Shown: positions 10,534 to 21,675 of the stretch, piece after piece
Numbering within the stretch: the stretch's first letter is position 1
How the letters are laid out: the number at the start of each line of letters is the position of its first letter
Assembly: GCF_000012805.1 (NCBI RefSeq)
Contig: NC_007484.1
Span: forward strand, 2,910,001 to 2,942,000
DNA: 32,000 nucleotides
DNA from: Nitrosococcus oceani ATCC 19707
Lineage (GTDB): Bacteria; Pseudomonadota; Gammaproteobacteria; Nitrosococcales; Nitrosococcaceae
Direction of reading: 5' to 3'
The notes under the pieces: generated by a model
The model's database searches: none
What the model was told of the DNA's origin: nothing
What the model saw: only the letters and a program-made list of their open reading frames with translations
Translations under genes and position numbers: made by a program

Positions 10534-10558
10534 ACTGCTCGCTTACTCTCCAATTAAA

Positions 10559-12475
10559 TTAATGCTGGCTAGCAGGGATAGATCCCCCCCCTACAGGCTG
10601 TTCTTCCTTCCCTTTAGGTGGCACTGCATCACTCCCACTGGGCGGTTCCACATCAGACCCGCTTACTTTAGGTGGTCGTGGTTCTTTACCAGCCATAATG
10701 TCATCAATTTGTTCCTTATCAATGGTTTCATATTTCATTAGAGCATCGGACATAACGTGCAATTTGTCCATATTCTCCTCTAAGAGCTGTTTTGCCCGCA
10801 GGTAATTGCGGTCAATAATAGCCCGTATTTCGGTATCAATTTCTGAAGCCGTCGTATCCGCAATACCCTTATGCTGGGTCACAGAATGTCCCAGAAACAC
10901 TTCGCCTTCCTCTTCGCCATAGGCCAGTGGGCCCAGCTTTTCCGAAAGTCCCCATTTAGTCACCATATTACGGGCTAACTCGGTAGCACGCTGGATATCA
11001 TTAGAAGCTCCCGTAGTTACGTACTCCACGCCAAAGATCAATTCTTCAGCTAAGCGCCCGCCAAAGAGGCTGGAAATCTGACTCTCTATCTGTAGCTTGC
11101 TCAGGCTGTAGCGATCTTCTTCCGGCAAGAACATAGTAACGCCTAGCGCTCGGCCCCGAGGGATAATGCTTACCTTGTAAACTGGATCGTGCGAGGGTAC
11201 CAAACGGCCAATGATAGCGTGCCCAGCTTCATGATAAGCAGTGAGCCTCTTGTCGTCCTCACTCATCACTGCTGAACGCCGTTCGACACCCATCAGGATT
11301 TTATCCTTGGCTTGCTCCAAGTCTTGCATATCGACCAAGCGCTTGCTGCCACGAGCGGCAAACAGAGCGGCCTCATTGACCAAGTTAGCAAGATCGGCGC
11401 CAGAGAAACCCGGGGTACCTCGTGCAATGAGGGCCGGCTCCACATCTTCCGCGACTGGGACCTTACGAAGGTGAACTTTAAGGATTTGCGCTCGCCCTCG
11501 GATATCTGGGAGAGAAACCACAACCTGCCGATCAAAGCGTCCTGGCCGCAACAGAGCCGGATCCAGCACATCAGGGCGGTTGGTCGCAGCAATAACAATA
11601 ACGCCTTCGTTGCCTTCAAACCCATCCATCTCCACCAGCATTTGATTGAGGGTTTGCTCCCGCTCATCATGGCCGCCTCCAAGGCCGGCACCGCGCTGAC
11701 GCCCAACGGCATCAATTTCGTCGATGAAAATAATGCAAGGCGCGTGCTTTTTGGCGTTCTCAAACATATCTCGCACTCGCGAGGCGCCCACGCCCACAAA
11801 CATTTCCACAAAATCAGAGCCGGAAATGGTGAAGAAGGGGACTTTGGCTTCGCCAGCAATCGCCCTTGCCAATAAGGTTTTTCCTGTTCCTGGCGGTCCT
11901 ACCATAAGCACGCCCCGAGGAATTTTACCTCCTAATTTTTGAAAACGACCGGGCTCGCGCAAGAACTCTACCAATTCCTGAACTTCTTCCTTTGCTTCGT
12001 CACATCCAGCAACATCACTAAAGGTAACTTTCACCTGCTCTTCGCTCAGCATGCGAGCACGGCTTTTACCAAACGACATTGCTCCACGGCCTCCAGCTCC
12101 GCCCTGCATCTGCCGCATGAAAAAAATCCATACTGCAATGAGCAATAACATAGGGAACCAAGAGATAAAAACCTGCATCAAAAGCCCTGTTCCCTCTTCT
12201 GGCTTGGCTTCAATAACAACACCATTACCCAAGAGATCGCCGATCAAACCTGGATCATTACCTGGACTATAGGTTGTAAAGTGTTTCCCTTCGCTTGTTT
12301 CACCACTGATGTGACGCCCGTCGATCACCACTTTATTCACTTGCCCACTTTTAACATCGGCGATGAATCGAGAGTAATCGATATGATGGCCGCTTACCTG
12401 ACGCGTGTCGAAGCTGTTAAAAACCGACATCAGTACTAGGGCAATCACTACCCACAAAATAATATTTTTTGCCAT
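10559..12475 (-). CDS. ftsH: ATP-dependent zinc metalloprotease FtsH
   Basis: It has Walker A GPPGTGKT, Walker B IIFIDEID, the SRH region, and the HEAGH zinc site. I place the start at ATG 12475 ([22 protein letters not shown], which matches the E. coli-type N-terminus). The track start at 12484 is a TTG three codons upstream. Confidence 0.95.
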   Translation of the reverse strand: MAKNIILWVVIALVLMSVFNSFDTRQVSGHHIDYSRFIADVKSGQVNKVVIDGRHISGETSEGKHFTTYSPGNDPGLIGDLLGNGVVIEAKPEEGTGLLMQVFISWFPMLLLIAVWIFFMRQMQGGAGGRGAMSFGKSRARMLSEEQVKVTFSDVAGCDEAKEEVQELVEFLREPGRFQKLGGKIPRGVLMVGPPGTGKTLLARAIAGEAKVPFFTISGSDFVEMFVGVGASRVRDMFENAKKHAPCIIFIDEIDAVGRQRGAGLGGGHDEREQTLNQMLVEMDGFEGNEGVIVIAATNRPDVLDPALLRPGRFDRQVVVSLPDIRGRAQILKVHLRKVPVAEDVEPALIARGTPGFSGADLANLVNEAALFAARGSKRLVDMQDLEQAKDKILMGVERRSAVMSEDDKRLTAYHEAGHAIIGRLVPSHDPVYKVSIIPRGRALGVTMFLPEEDRYSLSKLQIESQISSLFGGRLAEELIFGVEYVTTGASNDIQRATELARNMVTKWGLSEKLGPLAYGEEEGEVFLGHSVTQHKGIADTTASEIDTEIRAIIDRNYLRAKQLLEENMDKLHVMSDALMKYETIDKEQIDDIMAGKEPRPPKVSGSDVEPPSGSDAVPPKGKEEQPVGGGSIPASQH

Positions 12476-12550
12476 GTCGCTCAATCTTTTATGCCTCGTA
12501 CCTTAGGTTCCTGTACTGGTAGCACTTGCAAGTCCCTGCGACTACCAATC

Positions 12551-13189
12551 TCATCCCCCGCCGTTGTCCTTCCGTGATCGCCTGGCGACGATATAGACCT
12601 CGCGACTACGTCCTCGTGAGGCCGGCGGCTTATGAATCCGCACTCGAGAAAAATCCTGGCGTATTACTTCATAAAGTGCATCGAACCCCTCACCCTGGAA
12701 GGTTTTAAGTAAAAACGAGCCTTCTGGCCCTAAACTTTCTTGGGCAAAGGCTAGCGCTAACTCCCCAAGGTAGATAGCACGGGGTTGATCTACTGCCGCC
12801 ATACCGCTCATATTAGGAGCCATATCCGACATTACAAGATCTACCACACAGCCTGCGAGGGTATTCTGTAGCTCAGCTAGAACATTATCCTCACGAAAAT
12901 CTCCCTGGATAAACTGTACGCCAGGACATGAAAGCATGGGAAGAATATCCATCGCAATCACCCGACCCCGCTCTCCGACCCGTTCGGCAGCCCACTGGGA
13001 CCAGCCTCCTGGAGCCGCACCGAGATCAATAACTACCCTACCTGGGCCTAGCAAGCGCTCCCGTGTATCTATCTCCTGGAGCTTAAAAACGGCCCGGGAT
13101 CGATACCCTTGCGCCTTAGCTTGTATGACATAGGAATCACGGAAATGTTCCCGTAACCAGCGAGCGCTATGACTCTTGCGTTTCGCCAT
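12551..13189 (-). CDS. rlmE: 23S rRNA (uridine2552-2'-O)-methyltransferase RlmE (FtsJ/RrmJ)
   Basis: 212 aa. It has [11 protein letters not shown], the [16 protein letters not shown]-binding motif, VMSDMAPN, and the LLKTFQGEG block. It sits immediately upstream of ftsH, as in other gammaproteobacteria. Confidence 0.93.
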
Positions 13190-13263
13190 AAATTTATGGA
13201 GAGTTAAATGAATGTCGCCCCAATCTCTAATATATACTAGGTGGAATCATTATTTTTATTCGC

Positions 13264-13740
13264 CTATTGATAGCCTATGGCGGCAATCTCATAAAGTATG
13301 ATTCCACTAGGTGCTTGCACCTGGATTTCATCTCCCTCCCTTTTTCCAATAAGGGCGCGGGCAATAGGAGAGTTTATAGAGATTTTATTCTCTTTAATGT
13401 TTGCTTCCAGATCACCAACGATTTGATAGCTCGCCTCCTCGTCAGTTTCTATATTGACCAAGTCAACGGTCACGCCAAACACTACCCGGCCATCTTTCTG
13501 GAGTTTGCTCACATCAATTATCTGGGCATGGGCGAGCTGGTGCTCCAGATCCCTGATACGCCCCTCAACAAACCCCTGCTCTTCCCGGGCAGCATGGTAT
13601 TCTGCATTTTCTTTAAGATCACCATGGGCGCGAGCTTCAGCAATAGCCGTCACTACTTTCGGCCTAACTACGGTCTTAAGCTCCTGCAACTCTTCACGCA
13701 ATTGCTGCGCCCCTTTCTCCGTCAAGGGTACTTTATTCAT
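13264..13740 (-). CDS. greA: Transcription elongation (transcript cleavage) factor GreA
   Basis: 158 aa, the same length as E. coli GreA. It has an N-terminal coiled coil carrying the acidic-tip context [20 protein letters not shown] and a C-terminal globular domain ([10 protein letters not shown]). Its ATG overlaps the carB stop (ATGA). Confidence 0.95.
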   Translation of the reverse strand: MNKVPLTEKGAQQLREELQELKTVVRPKVVTAIAEARAHGDLKENAEYHAAREEQGFVEGRIRDLEHQLAHAQIIDVSKLQKDGRVVFGVTVDLVNIETDEEASYQIVGDLEANIKENKISINSPIARALIGKREGDEIQVQAPSGIILYEIAAIGYQ

Positions 13741-16700
13741 TTTCGCGCCTCCCGCTGTAAATCTTGTAATCGATAGACCGAATCGGTGGTTTCTGCACGC
13801 AGGGCTTCACACGTGGCCCACGCGCCAGCCACGGTGGTAGTATAGGTCACTTTATGCTGTAAAGCTGAACGACGAATGGTATAAGAATCGGAAACCGCCT
13901 TACGGCCTTCCGTGGTATTAATGATAAGCGCAATTTCGTCATTTTTTATCATGTCCACGATATGGGGCTGACCTTCGAGCACCTTATTAATCTGGATACA
14001 AGCAACCCCCTCCTGATCTAATACCGTGCTAGTCCCCCGTGTAGCTAAAAGCTCAAAACCCAGCCTAGAGAGTTCCTGCGCAACAGGAACGATCCGCTGC
14101 TTATCGGCATCTCGAACACTAATAAAAACTTTGCCTTTTTGGGGCAATACCACTCCGGCCCCTAAAAGCGCCTTGTAGAAAGCCTCTCCAAAACAGCGTC
14201 CAGTCCCCATCACCTCCCCCGTTGATTTCATTTCCGGCCCCAAGATAGGATCAACGCCGGAAAATTTGATAAAGGGGAAAACTGCTTCTTTTACCGCAAA
14301 GTAATGAGGTATTATTTCCTCTATCATCCCTTGTTTCGCTAAGCTCTGTCCCATCATGCAGCGGGCGGCAACCTTGGCAAGGGGAATACCAATCGTTTTG
14401 GAAACAAAGGGCACGGTCCGGGAAGCGCGAGGATTAACCTCAAGTATATAGATCTCGTTTGCCTGGATAGCGAACTGGGTATTCATTAAACCCACCACCT
14501 TAAGCTCACGAGCCATATTATACACTTGCTCCCGCAGCCGGTTCTGCACCGCGGCGCTCAAACTAAAAGGCGGTAAAGCGCATGCCGAGTCGCCAGAATG
14601 GACACCGGCCTGTTCAATATGCTCCATGATACCACCGACCATGACCTGCTCTCCATCACAGATCGCATCGACATCCACCTCTGTCGCTTCATCTAAAAAC
14701 CGGTCCAGTAGCACCGGAGAATCGTTAGAAACACTCACCGCCTCTTTCATGTACCTGGCGAGTTCGTCCGCATTGTAAACGATTTCCATGGCGCGCCCCC
14801 CAAGTACATAGGAGGGCCTGACCACCAAAGGGTAGCCAATTTCAGCGGCTAAGCGGATAGCCTCTTCCTGGGTGCGAGCAGTACGGTTAGGAGGCTGCTT
14901 AAGCCCAAGTTTCTCAATGAGCCATTGAAACCGTTCCCGATCCTCGGCCAAATCGATAGAGTCCGGGGAGGTACCGATAATCGGCGCCCCTGCCGCCTCC
15001 AAAGCACGCGCTAGCTTGAGGGGCGTTTGGCCGCCGTATTGAACGATAACCCCTTGGGGCTGCTCCAAGGAAATAATCTCCAGAACATCTTCTAGAGTCA
15101 AAGGCTCGAAGTAGAGCCGGTCGGAAGTATCATAGTCGGTGGAAACCGTCTCCGGGTTGCAATTGACCATGATGGTCTCATAACCATCTTCCCGTAATGC
15201 CAACGCGGCATGCACGCAACAGTAATCAAATTCAATCCCCTGACCAATGCGGTTGGGTCCACCTCCAAGTACCATGATCTTATTACGCTGACTAGGGACC
15301 GCCTCGCACTCCTCATCGTAGGTGGAGTAAAGATAAGCTGTGGTGGTAGCAAATTCAGCCCCGCAAGTATCCACTCGCTTATAAACGGGGCGGATACCAA
15401 GCGTATGCCGCCGCCGCCGTACCTCCTCTTCCCCAGCTCCAAGGAGAACGGCCAACCTACGATCTGAAAAACCCTGGCGCTTTAAACGATAGAGTCGATC
15501 TTTTTCCACTTGCTCCAGGGAAGTACCCCGCAATCCTTGCTCAACTTCAACTAAGTCTTGAATCTGAGTCAAGAACCAGGGATCAATATGACTTAAGTCA
15601 TAAATTTCCGCCATGGAAAACCCAGCCCGGAAAGCATCCGCAAGATAATAGATCCTGTCCGCGGAGGGTACCCGTAGCTGGTACCGTAAGGTTTCCACAA
15701 CGTCTTCCGCTGCCAGATCCACTTTTTCATTGAAACCATCTGTACCCGTCTCTAAGCTGCGGAGCGCCTTCTGTAGGGACTCTTGAAAGTTCCGGCCAAT
15801 AGCCATCACTTCACCTACTGACTTCATCTGCGTGGTCAAGCGGGCATCCGCTCGGGGGAATTTTTCGAAGGTAAAACGGGGTATCTTCGTAACCACATAA
15901 TCAATACTAGGCTCGAAGGAAGCCGGAGTCAGACCACCAGTAATTTCATTCTGAAGCTCATCCAGCGTATAGCCAACGGCTAGTTTTGCGGCCACCTTCG
16001 CAATGGGAAAACCCGTGGCTTTAGAAGCTAAGGCTGAAGAACGGGAGACCCGGGGGTTCATTTCGATAATGATTAACCGCCCATTCTCCGGATCAACGGC
16101 GAACTGCACGTTGGAGCCACCCGTATCCACCCCAATCTCGCGCAATACTGCAAGGGCGGCATCGCGCATCACCTGGTATTCCTTATCCGTAAGGGTTTGA
16201 GCAGGCGCCACGGTAATGGAATCCCCCGTATGCACGCCCATCGGATCTAAATTTTCAATAGTGCAAATAATGATGCAGTTATCCTTACTATCCCGCACCA
16301 CCTCCATCTCAAATTCCTTCCAACCAAGCACAGACTCATCGATGAGCAGCTCTGAATTGGGGCTGAGATCTAGACCTCGCTCACAGATTTCCACGAATTC
16401 TTCCCGGTTATAGGCAATCCCTCCCCCCGAGCCCCCCAAAGTAAACGACGGCCGAATAACAATCGGGAATCCTAAATCTCTCTGAGCCTGCTGCGCTTCT
16501 TCTAGGCTATGGGCAATCGCCGAACGGGGCATATCTAAGCCGATTTTCTGCATCGCCTGGCGAAAGAGATCCCGGTCTTCGGCTTTATTAATGGCTTCCT
16601 GGTTCGCTCCTATCATTTCCACGTCATAACGTTCCAGAATTCCTTCGCGAGCCAAATCCAGTGCGCAGTTTAAAGCCGTTTGCCCGCCCATGGTGGGTAA

Positions 16701-16958
16701 TAATGCATCGGGGCGCTCCTTTTCAATGATTTTGGCCACCGTTTTCCAGGTAATCGGCTCAATGTAAGTAGCATCGGCTAGTTCTGGATCAGTCATGATG
16801 GTTGCTGGATTAGAATTCACCAGAATCACCCGATAGCCTTCCTCTTTGAGAGACTTGCAAGCTTGGGCACCGGAATAGTCAAACTCACAGGCCTGACCAA
16901 TCACAATAGGTCCGGCACCGAGAATAACTATGCTATTAATATCGTTCCGTTTCGGCAT
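13737..16958 (-). CDS. carB: Carbamoyl-phosphate synthase large subunit
   Basis: 1073 aa, the same length as E. coli CarB. It has the duplicated ATP-grasp halves ([17 protein letters not shown] and [16 protein letters not shown]) and the C-terminal MGS-like allosteric domain. Confidence 0.97.
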   Translation of the reverse strand: MPKRNDINSIVILGAGPIVIGQACEFDYSGAQACKSLKEEGYRVILVNSNPATIMTDPELADATYIEPITWKTVAKIIEKERPDALLPTMGGQTALNCALDLAREGILERYDVEMIGANQEAINKAEDRDLFRQAMQKIGLDMPRSAIAHSLEEAQQAQRDLGFPIVIRPSFTLGGSGGGIAYNREEFVEICERGLDLSPNSELLIDESVLGWKEFEMEVVRDSKDNCIIICTIENLDPMGVHTGDSITVAPAQTLTDKEYQVMRDAALAVLREIGVDTGGSNVQFAVDPENGRLIIIEMNPRVSRSSALASKATGFPIAKVAAKLAVGYTLDELQNEITGGLTPASFEPSIDYVVTKIPRFTFEKFPRADARLTTQMKSVGEVMAIGRNFQESLQKALRSLETGTDGFNEKVDLAAEDVVETLRYQLRVPSADRIYYLADAFRAGFSMAEIYDLSHIDPWFLTQIQDLVEVEQGLRGTSLEQVEKDRLYRLKRQGFSDRRLAVLLGAGEEEVRRRRHTLGIRPVYKRVDTCGAEFATTTAYLYSTYDEECEAVPSQRNKIMVLGGGPNRIGQGIEFDYCCVHAALALREDGYETIMVNCNPETVSTDYDTSDRLYFEPLTLEDVLEIISLEQPQGVIVQYGGQTPLKLARALEAAGAPIIGTSPDSIDLAEDRERFQWLIEKLGLKQPPNRTARTQEEAIRLAAEIGYPLVVRPSYVLGGRAMEIVYNADELARYMKEAVSVSNDSPVLLDRFLDEATEVDVDAICDGEQVMVGGIMEHIEQAGVHSGDSACALPPFSLSAAVQNRLREQVYNMARELKVVGLMNTQFAIQANEIYILEVNPRASRTVPFVSKTIGIPLAKVAARCMMGQSLAKQGMIEEIIPHYFAVKEAVFPFIKFSGVDPILGPEMKSTGEVMGTGRCFGEAFYKALLGAGVVLPQKGKVFISVRDADKQRIVPVAQELSRLGFELLATRGTSTVLDQEGVACIQINKVLEGQPHIVDMIKNDEIALIINTTEGRKAVSDSYTIRRSALQHKVTYTTTVAGAWATCEALRAETTDSVYRLQDLQREARK

Positions 16959-17035
16959 GGGTCATTTATTCTCAGCAGGCCGCTATCTACCTTAGGCAAA
17001 CCCTCATACACTGCACCAACGGCCGCACTAGGTGC

Positions 17036-18181
17036 CTATTGCTGGGTATGGGCTTTTTGCATCAGAGTAATAAAACGGTCAAATAATGGGGCTATATCAC
17101 GCGGGCCAGGGCTGGCCTCAGGATGTCCCTGAAAACCAAGGACTAGCTTATCCCTATCCTGGATACCTTGCAAGGTACCGTCGAACAGAGAACGATGGGT
17201 AGGTTTTAGGCACGGGGGTAAAGTTTTTTCATTAACCGCAAAACCATGATTTTGACTGGTGATAAGTACTTCCCCAGTTGCCAGATCCTGTACCGGATGG
17301 TTGGCGCCATGGTGACCAAATTTCATCTTTACCGTTGTGGCCCCACTAGCGAGGGCAAGTAATTGATGGCCCAGACAGATACCAAATAACGGTATGGGCC
17401 GAGCCAAAAACTCCTGAATCGCCGTAATGGCGTAACCGCAGGGATCCGGATCGCCAGGGCCATTAGAAAGCACTATTCCATCCGGAGACAAATTCAGTGC
17501 TTCCTTGGCGGAAGTCCTGGCGGGCACCACTGTGACCCGGCATCCCCGATCCACCAGCATCCGTAAAATATTACGTTTAACACCAAAATCATAGACTACG
17601 ACATGAAACCGCTCTTTAACCTTTTCACCAGCAGCAAAGGCTTTTTGCTCCAAGCGCCAGCTTCCCTCGGACCAACCATAGGAAGCATCCGTAGTCACCA
17701 CTTGAGCAAGATCCATACCCTTGAGACCTGGAAACGCCCGCGCCTGTGCTAGCGCCTCCGCCTCATCAAGGCCCCCACCGGCCATGATGCAGCCATTGAG
17801 CGCACCGTGCTGGCGCAAGCGGCGGGTAAGCCTGCGGGTATCAATATCGGCAATAGCCACCACCTGATGCCTAGCTAAAAAAGCATCTAGGGGTTCTCGC
17901 GCCCGCCAATTACTAACAGCAAAGGAATAATCACGAATAGCCAGGCCACTGGCATAAACTCGATCCGATTCCTGATCTTCACTGTTAGTGCCTACATTTC
18001 CAACGTGAGGATAGGTCAAAGTAACAATCTGCTGGCAATAGGAGGGATCCGTCAGAATTTCTTGGTATCCCGTCATAGCAGTATTAAATACGACTTCGCC
18101 TACTGTCTGCCCGTGGCAGCCAATAGCGGTACCTCGAAATACACTACCATCTTCGAGGGCAAGTAGGGCTTCAGGGCGCAA
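17036..18181 (-). CDS. carA: Carbamoyl-phosphate synthase small (glutaminase) subunit
   Basis: It has the GICLGHQLL catalytic Cys and the HGANHPV and [12 protein letters not shown] triad blocks. No ATG is available. TTG at 18181 lies 5 nt downstream of GGAGG and gives [17 protein letters not shown] (381 aa). The track uses the TTG at 18196, five codons upstream. Confidence 0.92.
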   Translation of the reverse strand: MRPEALLALEDGSVFRGTAIGCHGQTVGEVVFNTAMTGYQEILTDPSYCQQIVTLTYPHVGNVGTNSEDQESDRVYASGLAIRDYSFAVSNWRAREPLDAFLARHQVVAIADIDTRRLTRRLRQHGALNGCIMAGGGLDEAEALAQARAFPGLKGMDLAQVVTTDASYGWSEGSWRLEQKAFAAGEKVKERFHVVVYDFGVKRNILRMLVDRGCRVTVVPARTSAKEALNLSPDGIVLSNGPGDPDPCGYAITAIQEFLARPIPLFGICLGHQLLALASGATTVKMKFGHHGANHPVQDLATGEVLITSQNHGFAVNEKTLPPCLKPTHRSLFDGTLQGIQDRDKLVLGFQGHPEASPGPRDIAPLFDRFITLMQKAHTQQ

Positions 18182-18296
18182 ATAAACCTCCAACAAGGAT
18201 AAAAAACGGAAATAGTCAAAAACTAAAACTGCTGATTTTTAAGGCTTCCCTAAAGGCGAATTTTACTTTATTAACCCTTAGACTGTCTATGAATAA

Positions 18297-19388
<1,092 letters not shown>

Positions 19389-19402
19389 GAGAAACCAACA
19401 GC

Positions 19403-20251
19403 ATGCCAGACCGTTACGCCGTCATGGGCAATCCTATTGCTCATAGCAAATCACCTCAAATTCATACCGCTTTTGCTCAGCAAACAGGCCAAGCACTCAC
19501 CTATACGGGGCTCCAGGTAGAAGCTGGCAAGCTAGCAGAAGCCATCACTGCATTCCAGCAGCAAGAGGGTAAAGGATTAAATATTACCATTCCCTTGAAA
19601 GCTGAAGCCTGGAGGTTGGTAGATCAATGCAGCCCTCAAGCGCAGCGGGCCAAGGCGGTAAATACCATTCTCTTAGAAAAGAACGGAGCACTCCTAGGTG
19701 ATAATACCGATGGCGTAGGATTGGTACGGGATCTTATTAATAACCACGGAGGCCGCATTACCGGGCAGCAAGTTCTGCTGCTTGGGGCTGGCGGCGCAGC
19801 TTCTGGCGTTATAGAAGCATTACTGAAAGAACACCCTTCCCACCTTATTATCGTTAACCGCACTCCGGCCAAAGCTATTGAGCTAGCAGCTCGATTTAGC
19901 CCGTTTGGGGCAATTACCGGCGGCGGCTATGAACTACTTGAAAATAATTCTTTCCATCTCATTATTAATGCTACCGCTAGTAGCCTTCAAGGCGAACTCC
20001 CGCCCCTTCCCAGAGGGATATTGCGTTCTGGTGGCTGGGTTTACGATATGATGTATGGCAATGAACCCACCATTTTCATGAAATGGGGCCAAACTCACGG
20101 GGCGGCACGGTCACTAGATGGATTAGGAATGCTAGTAGAACAAGCTGCGGAAGCGTTTTTCATTTGGCGTAAGGTACGCCCGAAATCAGCGCCGATTATT
20201 GCACAATTGAGGCGGGAAATGGACATTAAAAACCCCGCGATGCCGCTGTGA
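19403..20251 (+). CDS. aroE: Shikimate 5-dehydrogenase
   Basis: 282 aa. It has GNPIAHSKSPQIH, NITIPLK, NTDGVG and the GAGGAA NADP-binding motifs. Confidence 0.93.
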   Translation: MPDRYAVMGNPIAHSKSPQIHTAFAQQTGQALTYTGLQVEAGKLAEAITAFQQQEGKGLNITIPLKAEAWRLVDQCSPQAQRAKAVNTILLEKNGALLGDNTDGVGLVRDLINNHGGRITGQQVLLLGAGGAASGVIEALLKEHPSHLIIVNRTPAKAIELAARFSPFGAITGGGYELLENNSFHLIINATASSLQGELPPLPRGILRSGGWVYDMMYGNEPTIFMKWGQTHGAARSLDGLGMLVEQAAEAFFIWRKVRPKSAPIIAQLRREMDIKNPAMPL

Positions 20252-20412
20252 ACATCGCTCTTGAACCGAACAGTTCAAGTGGGAGCTCCGCGTGATGTCG
20301 TAGGCTCTCCGCTACTCGGCGGATATGCTCATTGACCTCATCGAATCCTGCTCCCCTAGCGCTTAAATATAGGCTCAAGGAATACAATCCACTGGCGCAC
20401 ACCGCAGGGATC
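20229..20412 (-). ncRNA. ssrS: 6S RNA (SsrS), RNA polymerase sigma70-holoenzyme regulator; ends approximate
   Basis: It fills an ORF-free gap directly downstream of zapA, the conserved zapA-ssrS synteny. The minus strand carries blocks close to my recollection of E. coli ssrS: CCUUGAGCCUAUAUUUAAGC, AUGAGCAUAUCCGCCGAGUAGCGGAGAGCCU, CACUUGAACUGUUCGGUUCAAG (a perfect 7-bp hairpin) and CAGCGGCAUCGCGGGGUUUUU. The 5' CCCUGCG pairs with the 3' CGCGGGG to form the closing stem. A TACAAT -10-like hexamer (plus 20416-20421) sits just upstream. The length is about 184 nt. Confidence 0.8.
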
Positions 20413-20454
20413 TTTATTGTACCCTAATTGGTAATAAAAACCAGCCACCTGGAT

Positions 20455-20766
20455 TTACGGATCCACTTGACGGCATTCTTCCAACACTGCTTCAACCTTA
20501 TGCCGAAGCGTTTGGATTCGCTTATTTAGCTCCCGCTCTCCCTCCTTCTTACTCTGTTCTCGCAGCAACTCATGGGCAATGTTCAAAGCACTCATCACAG
20601 CTACCCGTTCTACCCCGATAATTTTACCGCCAGCCTTGATCTCCTCCATCTTCTTATTCAGATAGCGGGCCGCTGTTAACAGTGCTTCTTCCTCGCCAGA
20701 TGGGCAAACCACCCGATATTCTTTACCCAATATATGCAAGACTACTGGCTGGGCTTCATCATTCAT
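20455..20766 (-). CDS. zapA: Cell division protein ZapA
   Basis: 103 aa. The pattern VVLHILGKEYRVVCPSGEEEALLTAARYLNKKMEEIK...ERVAVMSALNIAHELL is typical ZapA. It sits between a small coiled-coil gene and 6S RNA and is divergent from ygfB-pepP-ubiH, as in E. coli. Confidence 0.9.
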   Translation of the reverse strand: MNDEAQPVVLHILGKEYRVVCPSGEEEALLTAARYLNKKMEEIKAGGKIIGVERVAVMSALNIAHELLREQSKKEGERELNKRIQTLRHKVEAVLEECRQVDP

Positions 20767-20972
20767 GATGCCTGCTCCATAGATTTGAGGCGTGTGATCA
20801 TCCCCTCGACCCGGCTTCGTGCAAGTTCGGTTTGCTCAATCAGTTTTGCCCTTTCAGAAATGAGATCCGCGTTCTGCTCCCGCAGAAGCTGGTTTTCTTC
20901 CCTAAGGTGATTACATAGATCGATGAGTTCCTCAATTCGCCGCTCTAATTGCTTAACCATATTCTCTACCAT
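20763..20972 (-). CDS. Small coiled-coil protein, ZapB-like / TIGR02449-type, translationally coupled to zapA
   Basis: 69 aa with a heptad-rich sequence (LERRIEELIDLCNHLREENQLLREQNADLISERAKLIEQTELARSRVEGMITRLKSME). It overlaps zapA by 4 nt. The family assignment comes from position and composition only. Confidence 0.6.
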   Translation of the reverse strand: MVENMVKQLERRIEELIDLCNHLREENQLLREQNADLISERAKLIEQTELARSRVEGMITRLKSMEQAS

Positions 20973-21070
20973 ACTCGGTAGCCTCTTGATTTTTACCCAA
21001 TATAGAGCGGCAACAGAAGTGGGTCAACGGCGGCAACCGAACGAGGCACAAAGGTACCTTAAAACTGCCA

Positions 21071-21105
21071 TTAATGTTAGGATAAAATAATTATTTTAAC
21101 ATTAA
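21071..21105. promoter_or_regulatory. 35-nt AT-rich imperfect palindrome ending 4 nt before the ygfB start codon
   Basis: The sequence is TTAATGTTAGGATAA-AATAA-TTATTTTAACATTAA. Checked by hand, positions 1-9 pair perfectly with 27-35. There are two G:T positions, four further A:T pairs, and a 5-nt centre. Confidence 0.4.
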
Positions 21106-21109
21106 AATA

Positions 21110-21640
21110 ATGGCTGACATTTATTCAAAGCTTTTGGAGGCTCTCCGTAATCTTGACTCCTATGCAGATCTTCCCGAGATTCATGGGTCTTTGTGCGGAT
21201 TTCTTTGCGCCAGAAAAAACCAAACCGCTAAAACTTGGGCCGAAGAAATTGCACCCCAAGCCAGTAACAACGATAAAAAAAAGCTGGAAGCGCTATTTGA
21301 ATTCACCGAGCAGCAAATTAATAGCCCCGATTTAGATATTCGCCTTTTGCTCCCTGATGATGAACAATCCCTTAATCAGCGAACTGAGGCCCTTGCCAGT
21401 TGGTCGCGAGGACTCCTATATGGTTTAGGTATTGGCGGCCTAAGAAAAGAAACTGTCCTAGACGGCGATACCCAGGAATTCCTCAAAGATGCCGCAAAGA
21501 TTGCAAAAATGGTACATTTTCCTAGCAATGACTCCCAGGAAGATGAAGCAGCCTATAATGAGATTGTCGAATACCTCCGCATGGGACTATTGCTATTGTA
21601 TGAAAGTCTTCACCCCGCTGATAGCGGCCCCTCCCTTTAA
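21110..21640 (+). CDS. ygfB: UPF0149 family protein YgfB
   Basis: 176 aa. The LPEIHGSLCGFLCA motif and the acidic C-terminus are typical of YgfB. The ygfB-pepP-ubiH-ubiI order is conserved. Confidence 0.8.
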   Translation: MADIYSKLLEALRNLDSYADLPEIHGSLCGFLCARKNQTAKTWAEEIAPQASNNDKKKLEALFEFTEQQINSPDLDIRLLLPDDEQSLNQRTEALASWSRGLLYGLGIGGLRKETVLDGDTQEFLKDAAKIAKMVHFPSNDSQEDEAAYNEIVEYLRMGLLLLYESLHPADSGPSL

Positions 21641-21675
21641 ATTTTATATTAAGGCATAAGCCACCTTAGTTAGCC

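Noticed and set aside
11293-11875. Two ~188-aa ORFs inside ftsH: 11312-11875 on the plus strand and 11293-11859 on the minus strand in another frame.
   Set aside because: Both lie entirely inside the AAA+ module of a clearly intact ftsH. They have Ala/Arg/Ser/Pro-rich compositions typical of off-frame translation of a GC-rich coding stretch. They have no motifs.
13267-13776. 169-aa plus-strand ORF running antisense across the whole of greA, plus a second antisense ORF at 13454-13840.
   Set aside because: The ORF is codon-aligned with greA on the opposite strand. In that frame, stops arise only from sense TTA, CTA or TCA codons, and greA happens not to use any. The product is low-complexity with no recognisable domain and no SD, and it also runs into carB. 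It is a shadow ORF of a strongly supported gene.
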